64,000 nucleotides of DNA from the human T2T-CHM13v2.0 reference genome, Homo sapiens: NCBI RefSeq assembly GCF_009914755.1, contig NC_060931.1. One strand, written 5' to 3'. Positions 1 to 16,111 of the stretch are shown piece after piece. Position 1 is the first letter of the stretch, and every line of letters starts with the position of its first letter. The notes under the pieces are model-generated. The model saw nothing but the letters and a program-made list of their open reading frames with translations, was not told the DNA's origin and ran no database searches. The position numbers and the translations under genes are program-made.

Positions 1-146
1 GCATGGTGGTGATCGCCTGTAGATGCGGCTATTTGAGAGGCTGAGGCAGGAGGACGGCTTGAGCCCAGGAATTCAAGGCTGCAGTGAGCTATGATGGTGC
101 CAGTGCACTCCAGCCTGGGTGACACAGCAAGACCCTGTCTCAAAAA
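1..146 (+). mobile_element. Alu right arm (AluJ-like), cut by window edge
   Basis: gaggctgaggcaggag...cactccagcctgggtgacacagcaagaccctgtctcaaaaa. Confidence 0.9.
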
Positions 147-631
147 GAGTGGTATTTCTGAGTTGAGGTTTCCGGAGAACCTCACCTGGAAAGTAAGCAT
201 GAACATGTTCCAGCTATTTGGATCAGTATAATGATCCAATCCAAAACTTAGTGACATAAAACAGCCATTGCATTATGCTCATGGATTCTGTAGGTCTGAA
301 ATTTAAGAAGGACACTGGAGAACAGCTTGTCTCTGTTCTACAATGTCTGGGGCCTCAGCTAGAAAGCCTCGAAGGCTGTGAGTGACATGACAGCTAGAGG
401 CTGAAACCATTTGAAGAAATCTGGGGGTTGATACTGACTAGGACCTCAGATGAATCTGTTGGCTAGGACATCACCATGTGACCTCCCCACATGGCCTGGG
501 TTTTCTCATTGCATGGTGGCTGCATTCCAAGAGCAAATATCTCAAGAGAACAAAGCAGAAGTGAAGGACATTTTAATGACCTACTTGAGAAATCATATGG
601 CATCATTTCCACCATCCTCTATTGGTGGAGG

Positions 632-1505
<874 letters not shown>

Positions 1506-3454
1506 GAGGCAATTGCAAAGCTCTTCCTAGGCTCCAGGCCAGGAGACAGGGAACACATCATTAAATGAAAGGGTTGTCAAGGTCACATGTTGGAAGAGGC
1601 TGCGGGAGGGGAGAGATTGCTCTATCTTTGGAAAATACAGTCTACTATCAGGAATTCAAGTGATACAGTCAAGAAGGTGGCAGCTGCCTCTCCACTGTTT
1701 CTCTTAAGTTGCTGCTGTTCCCTGAATCACCGCAGGTGTGGCCATGCTTCTTCACCATTCTTCCCCACAGTGGAAGCCAGGCCAGACTATAATGCTTGAT
1801 GGACTTCGAGAAAGGCTTGGAATTAACAAGAGAATGACAATGCTGACAACTTCCCTCTATAGACTAGCTGTAGCTGTTCTCAGATGCACAGACTTGGCCC
1901 CTGAAGAGTAGAACTCTCATTCCCAAGGTCCTGGAATGCCACCAGGTTGTAAGAGTCAGCCTCTCTCCCAACAGCAGCAATACCCAGGAAGGTAGCTCCT
2001 CCACTCAACATCCAGGACATAGTTCTCTGAGGCACAAGTAAAGTCTGTGGTCTCCCACTCCAATCTGTCCTTCTCACCCCAAGCTGGTTGGCAGTGGAAT
2101 ACATCCCTTCAAATTTAAGATCTAATCATTGGGTTCCCCCAAAAAAACATCAGAACACTTCAGTATGATATTGTCTATTTCTCAGAGCATAGAGCATTGA
2201 ATACTGAGTCCACCAGGTATGGGGCTTCCAAAGAATAGTCCAGGCTAGGTTTCAGCCATTCTGTTCAGGCCCTTGGTATTCTCATCCAGCAGAAAGGTAA
2301 GAACATGTCTTCCTCTGTCTTCCAGGTTGAGCTCACAATTTCCTGTGAGCAAATGCATAGGAATACATACACCCACAGCTTCTATATAATCACAGCCAAT
2401 ATATAATCACACTTGACACTCAAAATTACCTATTGCAATAGGTATTCATTTTGCATACTAGGAAACAAAGGCTTAGCAGAAGTGAAGGGGCATGTTCAAG
2501 TGTCTTAAACTAGGATTAATAGCTTAGCCTCTAACTCCCAGTTTTTCTCTCCCTTGGACTACATTGGCAGTGCAGATTCAGAAATTGTAATTTTGAGTCT
2601 CACGCCCATGAGTCAATATTTCCTACTTGATATTAACCAATTCATCATTTCCTTTACAGGAGCCTTTGCCACGGGTTGTAGGTAGCTCCCCTATCTCCCT
2701 CCTCCCTCTCCAACCCTCCCTTTTGAGGCCATCAATTTATTTCCCATCATTATCGCTTTGGTTTTCAGTTTTCCCTAAGTGATAGAATACCTTGTATCCC
2801 AAAGAGAAATGCCGCTACTCTGCGAAGCCAGCCTTTGAGTCTCTTTTTAAAGAGAGTTCCTACAGTGTGGCAGATTTTAATGACCTCCATCTCTCATGCC
2901 TGCATTAGGTCACCTGAGCCACGCTGCTCAAAATGGTCTAACCACCTCATAATGCAGGCCGAGGCAGGCTCAGACTCACTGTGGGGCACCCGGCCTAATT
3001 CATTATACTACTCAAAGCCATATATCACAGGATTCTCCCACCTTTTCTCCCTTCCCTCCTACCAAAAGGAGAGCTCACATGAAATCTATTTACATGGAAT
3101 GATTATTCAATTAATTTTTTCATTACATTTGCCGGAAAGCATTGCCAGGATTTCTAAAGCTGTCCTGTGTGTTTGCATTAATGATGGCAGTGGTTCATGA
3201 TACTTAATTTAGCAATCGTGGCCCATTTGGAGGTCATGCCCTGCCATATGCAGACTGGAGACAGTGGAGGGGTGGCTTCCTGGTCAGGAACACGTGAGTG
3301 CCTGACACGTGTTTAGGAAATGGAGGTATTAACATCTCTGCAAGCTGTCCCCACTGCTCCATCCCCACTGTGGTAAGCCTTAACACAAGCTTGGACCCAT
3401 GTCCTTTCTAGCCCTAATTCCTTTCTCTGTCTGTTTGATGCCTTCCAACCCAAG

Positions 3455-3570
3455 GGGGAAGCTGAAGCAGGAGGATCTCTTGAGCCCAGGAGTTCAAGGC
3501 TGCAGTGAGCTATAATCACACCACTGCACTCCAGCCTGGGGGCTGGAGTAAGACCCTGTCTCAAATAAAT
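3455..3570 (+). mobile_element. Alu right-arm fragment
   Basis: gaagctgaagcaggaggatc...gaccctgtctcaaata. Confidence 0.85.
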
Positions 3571-3589
3571 AACTAAAGTGTACATCTGA

Positions 3590-4015
3590 CTTTGTGGCTC
3601 CCTTGTCTCATACACATCAGTGGTACCCAGTGGCCCAGGGAATAGAATCCAAGCTGCTGGCTTGCCTTGCATGCAATACTCTTTGTGATCCAGCCTTGAC
3701 CCCCCTGGCCTCAGCTCTCACTACCTACTCTCCCAAGATGAGATCCACGTTTCAACCCAACACCACTAAACCACCACAACTTCTCAGACATACAAGACCT
3801 CCCTGGTGCCCACACTATTCCCTCTGCCTTGAAATGTCCTTTACCTTCTTGACCACCTGGAAAATGTGCTCCCATTATCGAATACCCAGCTCAAATATCA
3901 CTTCTTTGGAGATGATTGCTTACACCTCCAGAGAAGGTCTAGCAATCCTTCTCTGTGGCCTCCAAGCACATTGTACATGCTTTAATTACAGCCCTTACCT
4001 CATATTCTAATTACT
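3590..4015 (+). mobile_element. L2 3' fragment
   Basis: Degenerate L2-like words (tattccctctgccttgaaatgtc, cagctcaaatatcacttc). Confidence 0.55.
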
Positions 4016-4022
4016 TGCTTAG

Positions 4023-4385
<363 letters not shown>

Positions 4386-4747
4386 TGAGTACTTTTAAAA
4401 AAATACGGATTATTTGTAATTCAACTAGACCTATGGAGAAGCCCAGGAATTGGTGTTTTTAAGTTTCCAAAGCTGTTTTCTTTTGCTACCAGCCTGGCAA
4501 AATCCATGAACCTTGAGTTTGGGAACAACCACCCCAGCATGTGGCCTGCCTCAGCCCAGACGTCTGATGATTGCTCCCTGGATGAATGGAGGAAAGTGTA
4601 TCTGTTGAGCAGGTGGGGTCACAGAGGAAGGTTATGCTGATGAAGGTGAGGAGAGTAGCTGGCCTTTCCTTCCTCTGACCATTATAGGCCAATGCTGATC
4701 TAAGACAGATCCTAGTTCTACAAACCCATTTAAAAAGAAACGGATGA

Positions 4748-5160
4748 TTGATGGGCATTTCGAGTGGATAAAGAAACTGTGATATATATATATATGATGG
4801 AATACTACTCACCCATAATAAGGAATGAATTAATGGCATTCACAGCAACCTGGATGAGATTGGAGACTATTATTCTAAGTGAAATAATTCAGGAATGGAA
4901 AACCAAACATCATATGTTCTCACTCATAAGTGGGTGCTAAGCTATGAGGATGCAAAGGCATAAGAATGACACAATGGACTTTGGGGACTCAGAGGGGAGA
5001 GTGAGAAGGGGGTGAGGGATAAAAGACTACAAATTGGGTGCAGCATATACTGCTTCGGTGATGGGTGCACCAAATCTCACAGATCATCACTGAAAAACTT
5101 ACTCACGTACCCAAATACCACCTGTTCCCCAATAATCTATGGAAATAAAAAATTTTTTAA
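4748..5160 (+). mobile_element. L1PB1-like 3' end with a tiny 5' inversion
   Basis: L1 3' UTR ending in aataaa and an A tail; TSD aaaaagaaacggatga (4732-4747) / aaaaagaaatgggtga (5161-5176). Confidence 0.85.
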
Positions 5161-6690
5161 AAAAAGAAATGGGTGAGACATCAATTTGGGTCTCATTTAA
5201 GTGCACTTTGACTTCTAGGTTCCAAATACAGTGTATCCCATCACCCTCACATCTGCCCTTTCCTGTGGGTTCCTTGTCCTTAGCCCACACAGCCTCAGGA
5301 TCTACTGCTGAAAGTCCAAGGATGCCTGTGGAAATCCCAGCCCCCGCTCACTTTGTCCAGGCACTGGGAGACCCTCCCAGATCCACTGGCCCTCTGGGCT
5401 GTAAACCAACATTGTAAATGTCACCTCCTGTCCTACTGTGGCTGAAGTTAAGCCGCCTAGACTGCTTCTGCTTCCTTTCTGGAGGGCCGACATTTCAGGG
5501 GGCTTGTTCATGGCTCCCGAATTGTCTTCCCCTCCTGGATTTACTTAGAGAAAGCAAGCTCCTTCTGAAGCACTGAGTAACTGATTATAAGACTTTTGCT
5601 GGTCAGGCGTTCATCATTGGTTTGGCAATATCCTCACTGGATGGATAGAAACCTTTCCCTGTGAGGACCGGCGAGTGGAGTGGGGAATTTGTCTCTCCTT
5701 GTGGCTACGGAAATGGCTGCTAAGTTCACGTTGGAAACTGTGATGCCTTTGTGAAAAGAACTGGTCCTCCCTACCATGCAGGGTTGGGGCAACCTCTGCG
5801 CATTGTTGACATAAGGTTCACAGAATTCGCTGTCTGCTGGGTGCTGTCTCCTGGCTGCCTCCCAGGTCATTGAAATGCCTGCCACCGACACCACCATAAG
5901 CTTCCTGACTTGGACACTTTACCTTCCTAGAAGTAACCAATATATTTTTAGGGACTGAGCTCTTAGCTAAGTCATCATTACCCATCATGCCCTAGGTGAG
6001 AACATTCCAGGGAAACCTAGAAAATTATAGGGAAATCAAAAAAATATGAGAAAAAGTGGAAAAAACTAACATTTGATGAGTTTCTCTTCAGTGCCTGGGA
6101 TAAAACTATATCCTTCTACTAAAGGTTTACAACTACCTCCTGACAAAGGTAGTATTCTCCCCGTTTATGCATAGGGAAACTGAGGCTCCTATGGGCTGGG
6201 TTACTTGCCTGATTTTGTATGGATGTCAAGGCCATGGCTATCTGACCCCCAAAGCCTTAATCTTTTCATTATTCAATCCTTTCTCCAAGTGGGTCCTTCC
6301 AGCAGGGCCTGAAGTAAAAGTCTGAGGTTTTGTGTACCTATTGGGCATTTTAATTTGGGAAAATCATGTAAAGAAAGAGACAGTGCTTGGAGTACACATT
6401 CCCAAGGCTTCAGCAGCGTGAGACCTCAAGGTTCTAGAAGAGTGAGCTCCAGAGGGCTCAAGGCTCAAGACCCCTTCACTACTGAGCTCTGGAAGCTCAG
6501 CCCTCTCTGATCCTCTGGCGAACACACGGAGAGGCAATTGGCCAATTCATTTCTTTGGAAAGAGCCAGCTGTGAGAATTCAAAATTGAACACACATTTAT
6601 TAAGAACATACACTGTGCAGGTATTGAACTATGGGACAGAAATGGGGCGAAGAAGGAGAAAATTCAAAAGAATGATTAGATGAAGATGTC

Positions 6691-7058
6691 TGTATTAGTC
6701 TGTTTTCATGCGCTAATAAAGACATCCCTGAGACTGGGTAACTTATAAAGAAAAAAGAGGTTTAATAGACTCACAGTTCCACGTGGCTGGGGAGGCCTCA
6801 CAATCATGGTGGAAGGCAGAAGGTGAAAGGCGCTTCTCACCTGGTGGCAGACAAGCGAGAATGAAGACCAAGTGAAAGGGGTTTCCCCTTATAAAACCAT
6901 CAGCTCTCGTGAGACTTATTCAATACCATGAGAACAGTATGGGGGAAACTGCCCCCATGATTCAATTATCTCCCACAGGCTCCCTCCAACAGCATGTGGG
7001 AATTATGGGAGCTACAATTCAGATGAGACTTGGGTAGGGACACAATCAAATCATATCA
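6691..7058 (-). mobile_element. THE1 (MaLR) solo LTR
   Basis: tgtattagtc...catatca termini; 5-bp TSD atgtc on both sides. Confidence 0.9.
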
Positions 7059-7584
7059 ATGTCTTCAAGGAGACAGAGAGAGGATAGACTCACAAAGGCA
7101 TAACTACAATAAGCCTGAGAGTCTCCCTGCATTCTGATAACTAGAAATGTGCTTAAAATGTGGGAGTGAGTCCACAAGGGGCAATTCATTCTGGTGGGCA
7201 AAAGGGGTGTAGGGAAAACAGGCATTTGAAGAATGAAGAGAACATTCCCCCGCTGTGGCCCCAGCCTGTGTGAGGGTAGCTGGCGGGATATGGGCCTCCG
7301 GAGTGGTCAATTCCCTCCCATCCACATAAAGGTGGCAGGTGATTATTTTATGTCCCCAGGCAGATTTATTTAACTTCTTTTTGGTAGAGACATATAAATG
7401 TGATCATAGTCCCTGCTGTAAAGTTTTGCAGGCCCTTTTAAAAACTTGGGCTCTTAATTCACTTCATTGCCTACCGGGGACAGTGGAGTCTTCCACGGAT
7501 ACTTCAGGGGGAGAAAGGAGGCGGGACTTTCATCAGCACCAGTCCTGTCTCCTGAGGGGCCTTCTCCTTTGCTTCCTTCCTGCT

Positions 7585-7657
7585 CCCCTCCCTTCCCCCT
7601 CCCCCTCCCCTCCTCTCCCCTCCCCTCCTCTCCTCTCCTCTCCCCTTCCCTCTCCTC
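7585..7657. repeat. (CCCCT/CCTCT)n pyrimidine tract
   Basis: Direct reading. Confidence 0.9.
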
Positions 7658-8163
7658 TGGACTTTGTGAAATCTGGGTGGTAAAGTCAGCTGGCCAGCCA
7701 CAAAAAGACATGGGAGTCCTTTGTGATGTGTAGGATGGTTTCGTGAAGGTCCTTCTGCTTTCTGCTGTCAGGATGCCCATCACTTTCTGCCTCAGCCTCC
7801 CAGGAATCACCACCTGTGGGCAACCATCTCAGTTCCTCTCTTGGGGATTAGCAAAGACTCCGCAGTCATCGGGTCAGTAGACCAGTTCTCTGTTTCCCAG
7901 ACACAAAGCCAGGAATTCCAATGCTAGTCTTTAAGCTACTCGATGGCCAAGGTTCCTCTTCCATTATCTAACTAAACACAAGGTTAACCTATAACTTTCC
8001 TATAACTTGAGCTCACTGGTCTTCATCTGAAACTGTCAGGGGAATCTGTGAAATGTCTCCTGATGTTATGGAAAAGGCCATATGGCCTTCTGCCTGTGTC
8101 ACTGAAGAAGGAAAACCAAGAGCTCTTTAATCTCCTTTGCATTGTTATTAAAATTAATATGTG

Positions 8164-8507
<344 letters not shown>

Positions 8508-8658
8508 CTAGAATGTATTTAAAGAAAAAACTCACAACTTCACAATCCAGAGATAGTCACTGTTAACATGTTGGTAGATTTTCTTCACACATATACACAT
8601 GATTTGCAATTTATTACTTTCTCCTGCTATTTTCATCAACTAGTCATCATAAGAAGCC

Positions 8659-8843
8659 CATCTAGCACAGCCATAGGCTCCTGTGAGAAATCTTGGCCCA
8701 GAATAGTCACTGATTGGCCTTTATTATCTTTGTTCTTGTATCTTATAAGTAGCAGCACAGAGAAGTCTATAGGAACAAGATGCTTGGAACTTTGGGGTTT
8801 GTGACATTGTACACATTAGATTTTAAAATGTGTAGGTTCTAAG
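8659..8843 (+). repeat. Direct duplicate of 9683-9874
   Basis: catctagcacagccat...cttggcccagaatagtcactgattggcc...cacattagattttaaaatgt...ttctaag shared. Confidence 0.9.
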
Positions 8844-8847
8844 TTAG

Positions 8848-9380
8848 GATTCAGTTAGGAATCTCTTGGTTGTGACAGAAAATATACTCAAAGTGCCTTA
8901 AGCAGAAGGGTTAAGGCACTTCAGGGATGTGTTGGTTCACACTACTAAAAATTCAGGGAGAAACAAATAATTAGACATGGTGGAATTCAGAGATTCACAC
9001 TATGCCACTAAGACCTGGGCTTTCTCCACCTCAGCTCTGCTGCTGTGTGATTTCCAGCTCACCTTGGCTTTGTCTTCATGGTGGCAAAATGGCAGTGAGC
9101 TGCTCCAGGTTTGTCTTCATGACCTCATGGCTAGAAATCATGAAGATTTGAAGAAAATTTCAAATCAAGTTCTAGCCAAAGTCCCATATCATTGGGTTTG
9201 AAGCAGTCACCTGCTCATCTCTGAGCCAATCCCATGTCCCAGATGATATGGCTCTCTGATTGGCCAGACCTTTGACACATGCCCTTTCCTGGAGCCAATA
9301 GGAGTAGTCTCTGCCTCCAAACTTAATGGGCTAAGAAGGGAGAGGTCCTCCCCTGCAAGGAACTGGGGCACTATCACCAA
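8848..9380 (-). mobile_element. Old MLT1 (K/L-like) LTR
   Basis: ttggttgtgacagaaaatatactcaaagtgccttaagc...ctctgattggccagacc. Confidence 0.6.
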
Positions 9381-9682
9381 TGTTACAATCTTCTGAAGGA
9401 ATCAGTGTTAATGACACAGTCCATTGCTGTGGTTGCTGCTACCATGTATGCAAAGGATTCCTGCTCACAACTCCAGGGGTGCTGATGCTGAGACATGAGT
9501 AGCAGGAGAGAAATACAACATGTGACTTTCTATCTTTTGATGAACGATACACTTCAAAGAAGACTTACAGAGTGATGCCTGACCCTCTTACCCTCAGCCC
9601 TAAGTTTCAAAACCCAGGTTAAATACCTTGCTAAATTCCACCTGCTTTGTGATATTGAATGAAGTCCAGCCTCTGGTCCCAT

Positions 9683-9874
9683 CATCTAGCACAGCCATGG
9701 GCTCCTGTAAGAAGTCTTGGCCCAGAATAGTCACTGATTGGCCATTGCTTAACTCTTCCTTTGTTCTTGTATCCTATTGGTAGCAGCAGAGAGAAATCTG
9801 CAGGAATAAAATGCTTGGGTCTTTGGGATTTGCGAGACTACACACATTAGATTTTAAAATGTATAGATTCTAAG
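9683..9874 (+). repeat. Direct duplicate of 8659-8843
   Basis: See partner. Confidence 0.9.
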
Positions 9875-10967
9875 ACTTATCCAGATGTTAGTTTTCAATG
9901 TCTCGTTTGTCATTAGTTTCACTGTGTTTGCACACTTCTTGTAACATTTTTGAAAAATTTGAAAACTTTCAGTAAATGTCTTGGCACTAAAAAAGCAATG
10001 ATAAAATAAAATGTATAAGTTCTAGATATGTGAGTGTTAGTGCCATGTAGAATATAGGAGGGCTCCCATCACAGCAATCAGAACAAAAGGAAAGGATGTT
10101 GGTGAACAAAAATAACCATGTGCACAGCAAGCATTTTCCCATGTCCTTAAACATTCTCTGAAAGCATGATTTTAATGGCTGCTTAATACACAATTATGAA
10201 ATGCGCCATATTAACCAATCACTGTTGGATGCTTTTCTAGTTGTGTTTGTTTTCAACTGTTATAATATAATGCTATAAGGAACATCCTTACATATAAATC
10301 TTTAACTGCTTCTTTATTTTCTCAGAATAAATTCCCATCAGTGGAAGTATTTGGTGATAGCCTCAGAAAAGCATTAAATTACAGAACCACCCACTAGGTG
10401 TGTCCTGGATCTCACCTGACCCTTATCACAATGGAGAATCTGAATCTTGGCCATTCATTCAGACCGTCTTAATTTGCGCATTCCCTTGCTTTGTGAACAT
10501 GAGGAAAAGAGAATACTGGGATTGAAGGGTAGTGTAAAGTAGATAACAGGCTACAAGTGATTTCTGCCATTCAGCCTTGGAAGAGTTAAAGTTAAATCTA
10601 AATAAGAAAGTGAAGTCAAAAGCTATAGTTTGTTGAGTTGTATATGGAATGAAGTCGTGACAATGTCCCTCCGGACTCCTTCTTGACGTGAAACTGCTCT
10701 GAACAGTGTGATATTGGTAGAACCTTCGGTTTTGGGCAAGTCAACTAGAAAAAATTCTTTTGTCCACCATTTAGTGTTTGTTAAAGTCAACTAAATATGT
10801 TAAATAAAATCTACTTTTTTCTATCTAATCATTCAAGCTACATAGAGACAAAATTTAATCCAGTGATTCATTCATTCAATAAATATTTCATAAGATTTTT
10901 ATTTGAAAGACATTATTCTAGATACTTGAGGCTACAGAATTTGAAATGAAGAAAATGAATCTGCTTT

Positions 10968-11260
10968 CTTTTTTTTTTTTTTGAGATGGAGTTTTACTCT
11001 TGTTGCCCAGGTTGGAGTGCAATGGCACAATCTCAGCTCACTGCACCCTCCCCCTCCAAGTTCAAGCAATTCTCCTGCCTCAGCCTCCCAAGTAGCTGGG
11101 ATTACAGGCAAGCCACCATGCCTGGCTAATTTTGTATTTTTACTGAGACGGGGTTTTTCCATGTTGGTCAGGCTGGTCTCAAACTCCCAACCTCAGGTGA
11201 TCCACAAGCCTCAGCCTCCCAAAGTGCTGGGATTACAGGTGTGAGCCACCATGCCCGGCC
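10968..11260 (-). mobile_element. AluS
   Basis: TSD tgaatctgctttc / tgaatctactttc. Confidence 0.95.
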
Positions 11261-12063
11261 TGAATCTACTTTCTAATAGCTAAGTGAATTATTCTACACA
11301 TCAAGGAAGAAATCGGAAATATGTACATTACCCTTACTGGGATGAAATAGTTCCTAGGTAAAAATAAGACTTAGTGGAAATTAACTGATTTTATTTTATT
11401 AACTTATCCAGAGAAAGAATGTGTTAGACCAAAGGGAGATGTGATCACAGAACATAGAAAAGGGACTATGGGAGAGATTTATTTTGGCAATGCCCATCAG
11501 AGCACTCTTTTGGTATCCTAAGAAGTCCACAGAAACACATGATTTGTTTGATTTCTCTGCGGACATCAATGCATCGGACTATCACTGCCTGATAATATTA
11601 AACTTTCAAATCTGCCACCAAGTCCCCTTGCTCTGATCTCTCATAATCCATGCAACTTTCTGATAATTTGGCTTTCTATGTAGTTTCCCTAGATGGAGAA
11701 AATTTGCAGATCAGGCAAATGTGAATGTCTGCTCCTCTTGTAAGTTGTATTTCTCATCGTAAACTAGTGAATTGACATTTTGATTTATATACAAGAGATT
11801 CTTGTGAGCTGGGTTAATTTGCACCCTGAGAAATTACTCCACTTAATATGCTGAGAGAATCAAGCTTCTAAGCCCCTAAGGCTGAGGGTTAGAGTTACTA
11901 AAGTAGTACTATCCTATATAGCCACTGATGGCCAACCAACCTGCCTGATATGTGGACATTGTTCAACAAATGCTTCTTGACTTACATGGATTTGAATTGA
12001 ATGGATTTGATTTAATTAAGGTTGGGTGAGAGATAAGGGCAGGCTCATCGACTTGGGAAGTCA

Positions 12064-12501
<438 letters not shown>

Positions 12502-12629
12502 TTACTGGGGCATGTGAAGTTGAGTAAGAGAGGAAATCTCAGTGGACTGAAGATAATATAAGGAAACACCCCAAATTCTACTGTGTTCTTCTCCATCTCT
12601 ACCCCATCCACCAATTATCTACTGGCTTT

Positions 12630-13360
12630 AAAGGTTATTTATATAACCCTAAATTTTTAGCTCAAGCCTTGACCTTTTTCCTGGGTTCCAAACTCCTATA
12701 TCCAACAGACTGTTTGCCATCTATGAGATTTCTAGGACTCCTTAACATACTTGAAACAGAACTATGGATGCTTCCCCTACAAAGGGGAGGGATTTTTTTC
12801 CTCTCCCACTCTCCTCAGCTTAGTAAATGCTGCACCAGTTCAAGTCAGAAACCAAAGCATCACCCTTGATTCTTCTATTTTCTCTACACACTCCCTCCAT
12901 GCATCAAGCCCATCACTATCACCTGTGACTCTATTTCCAAAATAGGTTTCATTCATAAACTTCCCTCCATCCACACTACTCTTAGTCAAACTGTCAATAT
13001 TTCCTGCATTCTAGAAGATCATCTTGACTATATCCCTGGCACCTCTATTCTTTTGTGAATGCACATTGGCTCACGGTGGTCCCCTAGAGCCCAAATACAT
13101 GCAATGGTTTTCCATTGTAACTAGGACAAAACACAAAGTAAGTCCTCACGATTGCCTAAAATTTCTGCATGAACTAGTCCCAAAGAGCCCTACAATTCCA
13201 TTTCCTACTGCTGATGGCTACTACCCAGCCATGCTGGCTTGCTTTCTTTTGTATGAATATGCCAAGCTCTTTCATTTCTCAGGGGCTTGGCACTTGCTAT
13301 TCTTTCTGCCCTAGGGCCCTATCTCCAATCTTTGCAAGACCTTAATTGTGATTCAGATCC
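12630..13360 (+). mobile_element. L2 fragments
   Basis: Degenerate L2 3' words (ggcttggcacttgctattctttctgcc); continues at 14040-14305 ending cctggcacatagtaggtgctcagcaaacatt. Confidence 0.6.
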
Positions 13361-13364
13361 CACT

Positions 13365-14035
<671 letters not shown>

Positions 14036-14310
14036 CCACTCAGATATCTCCTCACTACCTCTAAGGACTTGATCACATTATCCAGTCCCAACTAGAGCCA
14101 CACTGTAACACATCACCTTGTTCCATTTTTTCCATGGTGCCTCTCTGTTAACTTGTTAATTGTCTTTCTTGCTCCACCTCCCCACCACACCTAATCTATG
14201 AGAGCAGGGACATTTTGTCCCCACCACTGCTTTCTCCAGAACCTGAAAGACTGCCTGGCACATAGTAGGTGCTCAGCAAACATTTATTCAATAAACAATG
14301 AATAAATGTA

Positions 14311-14966
14311 TGGGAGGTCGATGCAGAAGGATCACTTGACTCCAGGAGTTTGAGACCAAAATGGGCAATATGGCAATACCCTGTCTCTACAAAAAAATTA
14401 AAAGTTAGCCAGGTATGGTGGTGCACACTTGTCATCCCAGCTACTCGGAAAGCCAAGGTGAGAGGATCACTTTAGCCAGTAGATAATCTGTGGACAGAGC
14501 AGAGATAGAGAAGAACATACTAAAACTTGGGGTGTTTTTACATTATCTTCAACCCACTGAGATTTCCTCTCTTACTGAACTTCAAATGTCCCAGTAACTG
14601 TTCTTCCTCTTCCAGATCCCTTTTTTTTGTTTGTTTGAGACAGGGTCTTTCTCTGTTACTCAGGCTGGAGTTGAGTGGCATAATCATAGCTCGCTGCAGC
14701 CTGGACCATAGCTGGGACTACAAGCACATGCTACCACGCCTGGCTAATTTTTAAATTTTTTGTAGAGACAGGGTCTCAGTATGTTGCCCAGGGTGGTCTT
14801 GAACTCCTGGGATCAAGCAATCCTCCTGCCTTGGCCTCCCAAAGTGTTGGGATTACAGGTGTGAGCCCAGGAGTTCAAGGCTGCAGTGAGCTATGATTGC
14901 ACCACTGCACTCTAGCTGGGGCTACAGAGCAAGACCCTGTATCTTAACCAAAAAAAAAAAAAAAAA
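14311..14966 (+). mobile_element. Host AluJ split in two (14311-14477 and 14862-14966)
   Basis: Left part stops at ggatcactttagcc; right part resumes at tgagcccaggagttc. Confidence 0.8.
14474..14867 (-). repeat. Inverted copy of 12201-12627 (Alu plus about 150 bp unique flank)
   Basis: gccagtagataat...ccactgagatttcctctcttact...cccagtaactgttcttcctcttcca is the reverse complement of 12480-12626. Confidence 0.9.
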
Positions 14967-16111
14967 TGGAGTAAGAAGGTAAAGGTAAGAAACTAAAAGG
15001 AGACTATATAAGAGAAGGAGGAGAAAATAAACCTCCTCATTTTTTGCCAGAACATACTATTCCCCACCAAGAATCCCCAGTAACAAACCTAGTTCCATTG
15101 GCAATACTTTTTATTTTGCATTCAAAGACTCAAATTCTTGATCTCTGGCTCTTCTTAACAGCCTCAGGAAACAGGCCAGAAAGGAAAACAAAATCCAACT
15201 GCCCTGTCACATACCAGAAAAATGATTTTCATGCGTTCAAACTCAATATTTATACTGGAATACAAAAATGTGATTCTGAGAGAGAAAATAAAAGTAATGA
15301 GGAGATACAATTAATTGCAATCTAGACCTGCTTTCTATTTTTTTCACCTTGAGCAGATAAGTTAACCTCTCTGACCCTTAATATTCCAGGCAGGGAAGTA
15401 GATGGACCAATACTTTCCTCTTCTTAACTCTCAAGTCTATTTTAACTCATAAAATGTGAAAAATATATAACAATGGCTTAAGGTTAGACAGTTTATAGGT
15501 TATAGAGCTTGAGAATTTTTTGATAGCTTTGGAGAAAAGAGTAAATTATTATTTTTATGGTCATAATTCAGGGTCAGTTTATCACATTATAGAGCTTTGA
15601 AAAGAATTATTCTTTAACCAGAGAAATAACATGTGTATATTACTGACTGTTATGCTAGTAATAAGATCCATGACTACAGCATCAATGAAAGGAAGAAACT
15701 AGAATGAGAGGAATGGAAAATCAATTTGTCTACTTTTCCAACCCAACATTTATATGCTGACACCAAGTGCTGATAGTTACTGAGTCAAGTATCAGATGTT
15801 TATGTAATGCCTCAAACACCGCGGGCTGCCAGGATTTCCTTCTGAAAATTCCAACTGGCTGACTTCAGTTCCAAATAGGATTTCTTTCTTCTTCTGTACA
15901 TCCGTGGTATGACATTGAATATTTTCCACCTGTGTTTGGTAGGATGAGATAAATGAATTAACAGCTATATATGTTAGACATAATTTTTGTTACAATACTG
16001 TAAGAAACCTTGACTAATATTGACTTTAAAATATTGGGGCTTATTTGTCTTATCCAACAAGAATTCCAGGAGATGAGGCTGAGATGGCAAATCAATGATC
16101 CATCGGGAAGC

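Noticed and set aside
3291-3311. Two CACGTG E-boxes 9 bp apart
   Set aside because: Short motifs with no supporting promoter context
10932-11244. Alu-derived ORFs (also near 12061, 21012, 23072, 36099, 56020, 60001, 61822 and others)
   Set aside because: Standard Alu translations such as LECSG...SASQVAG; not evidence of genes
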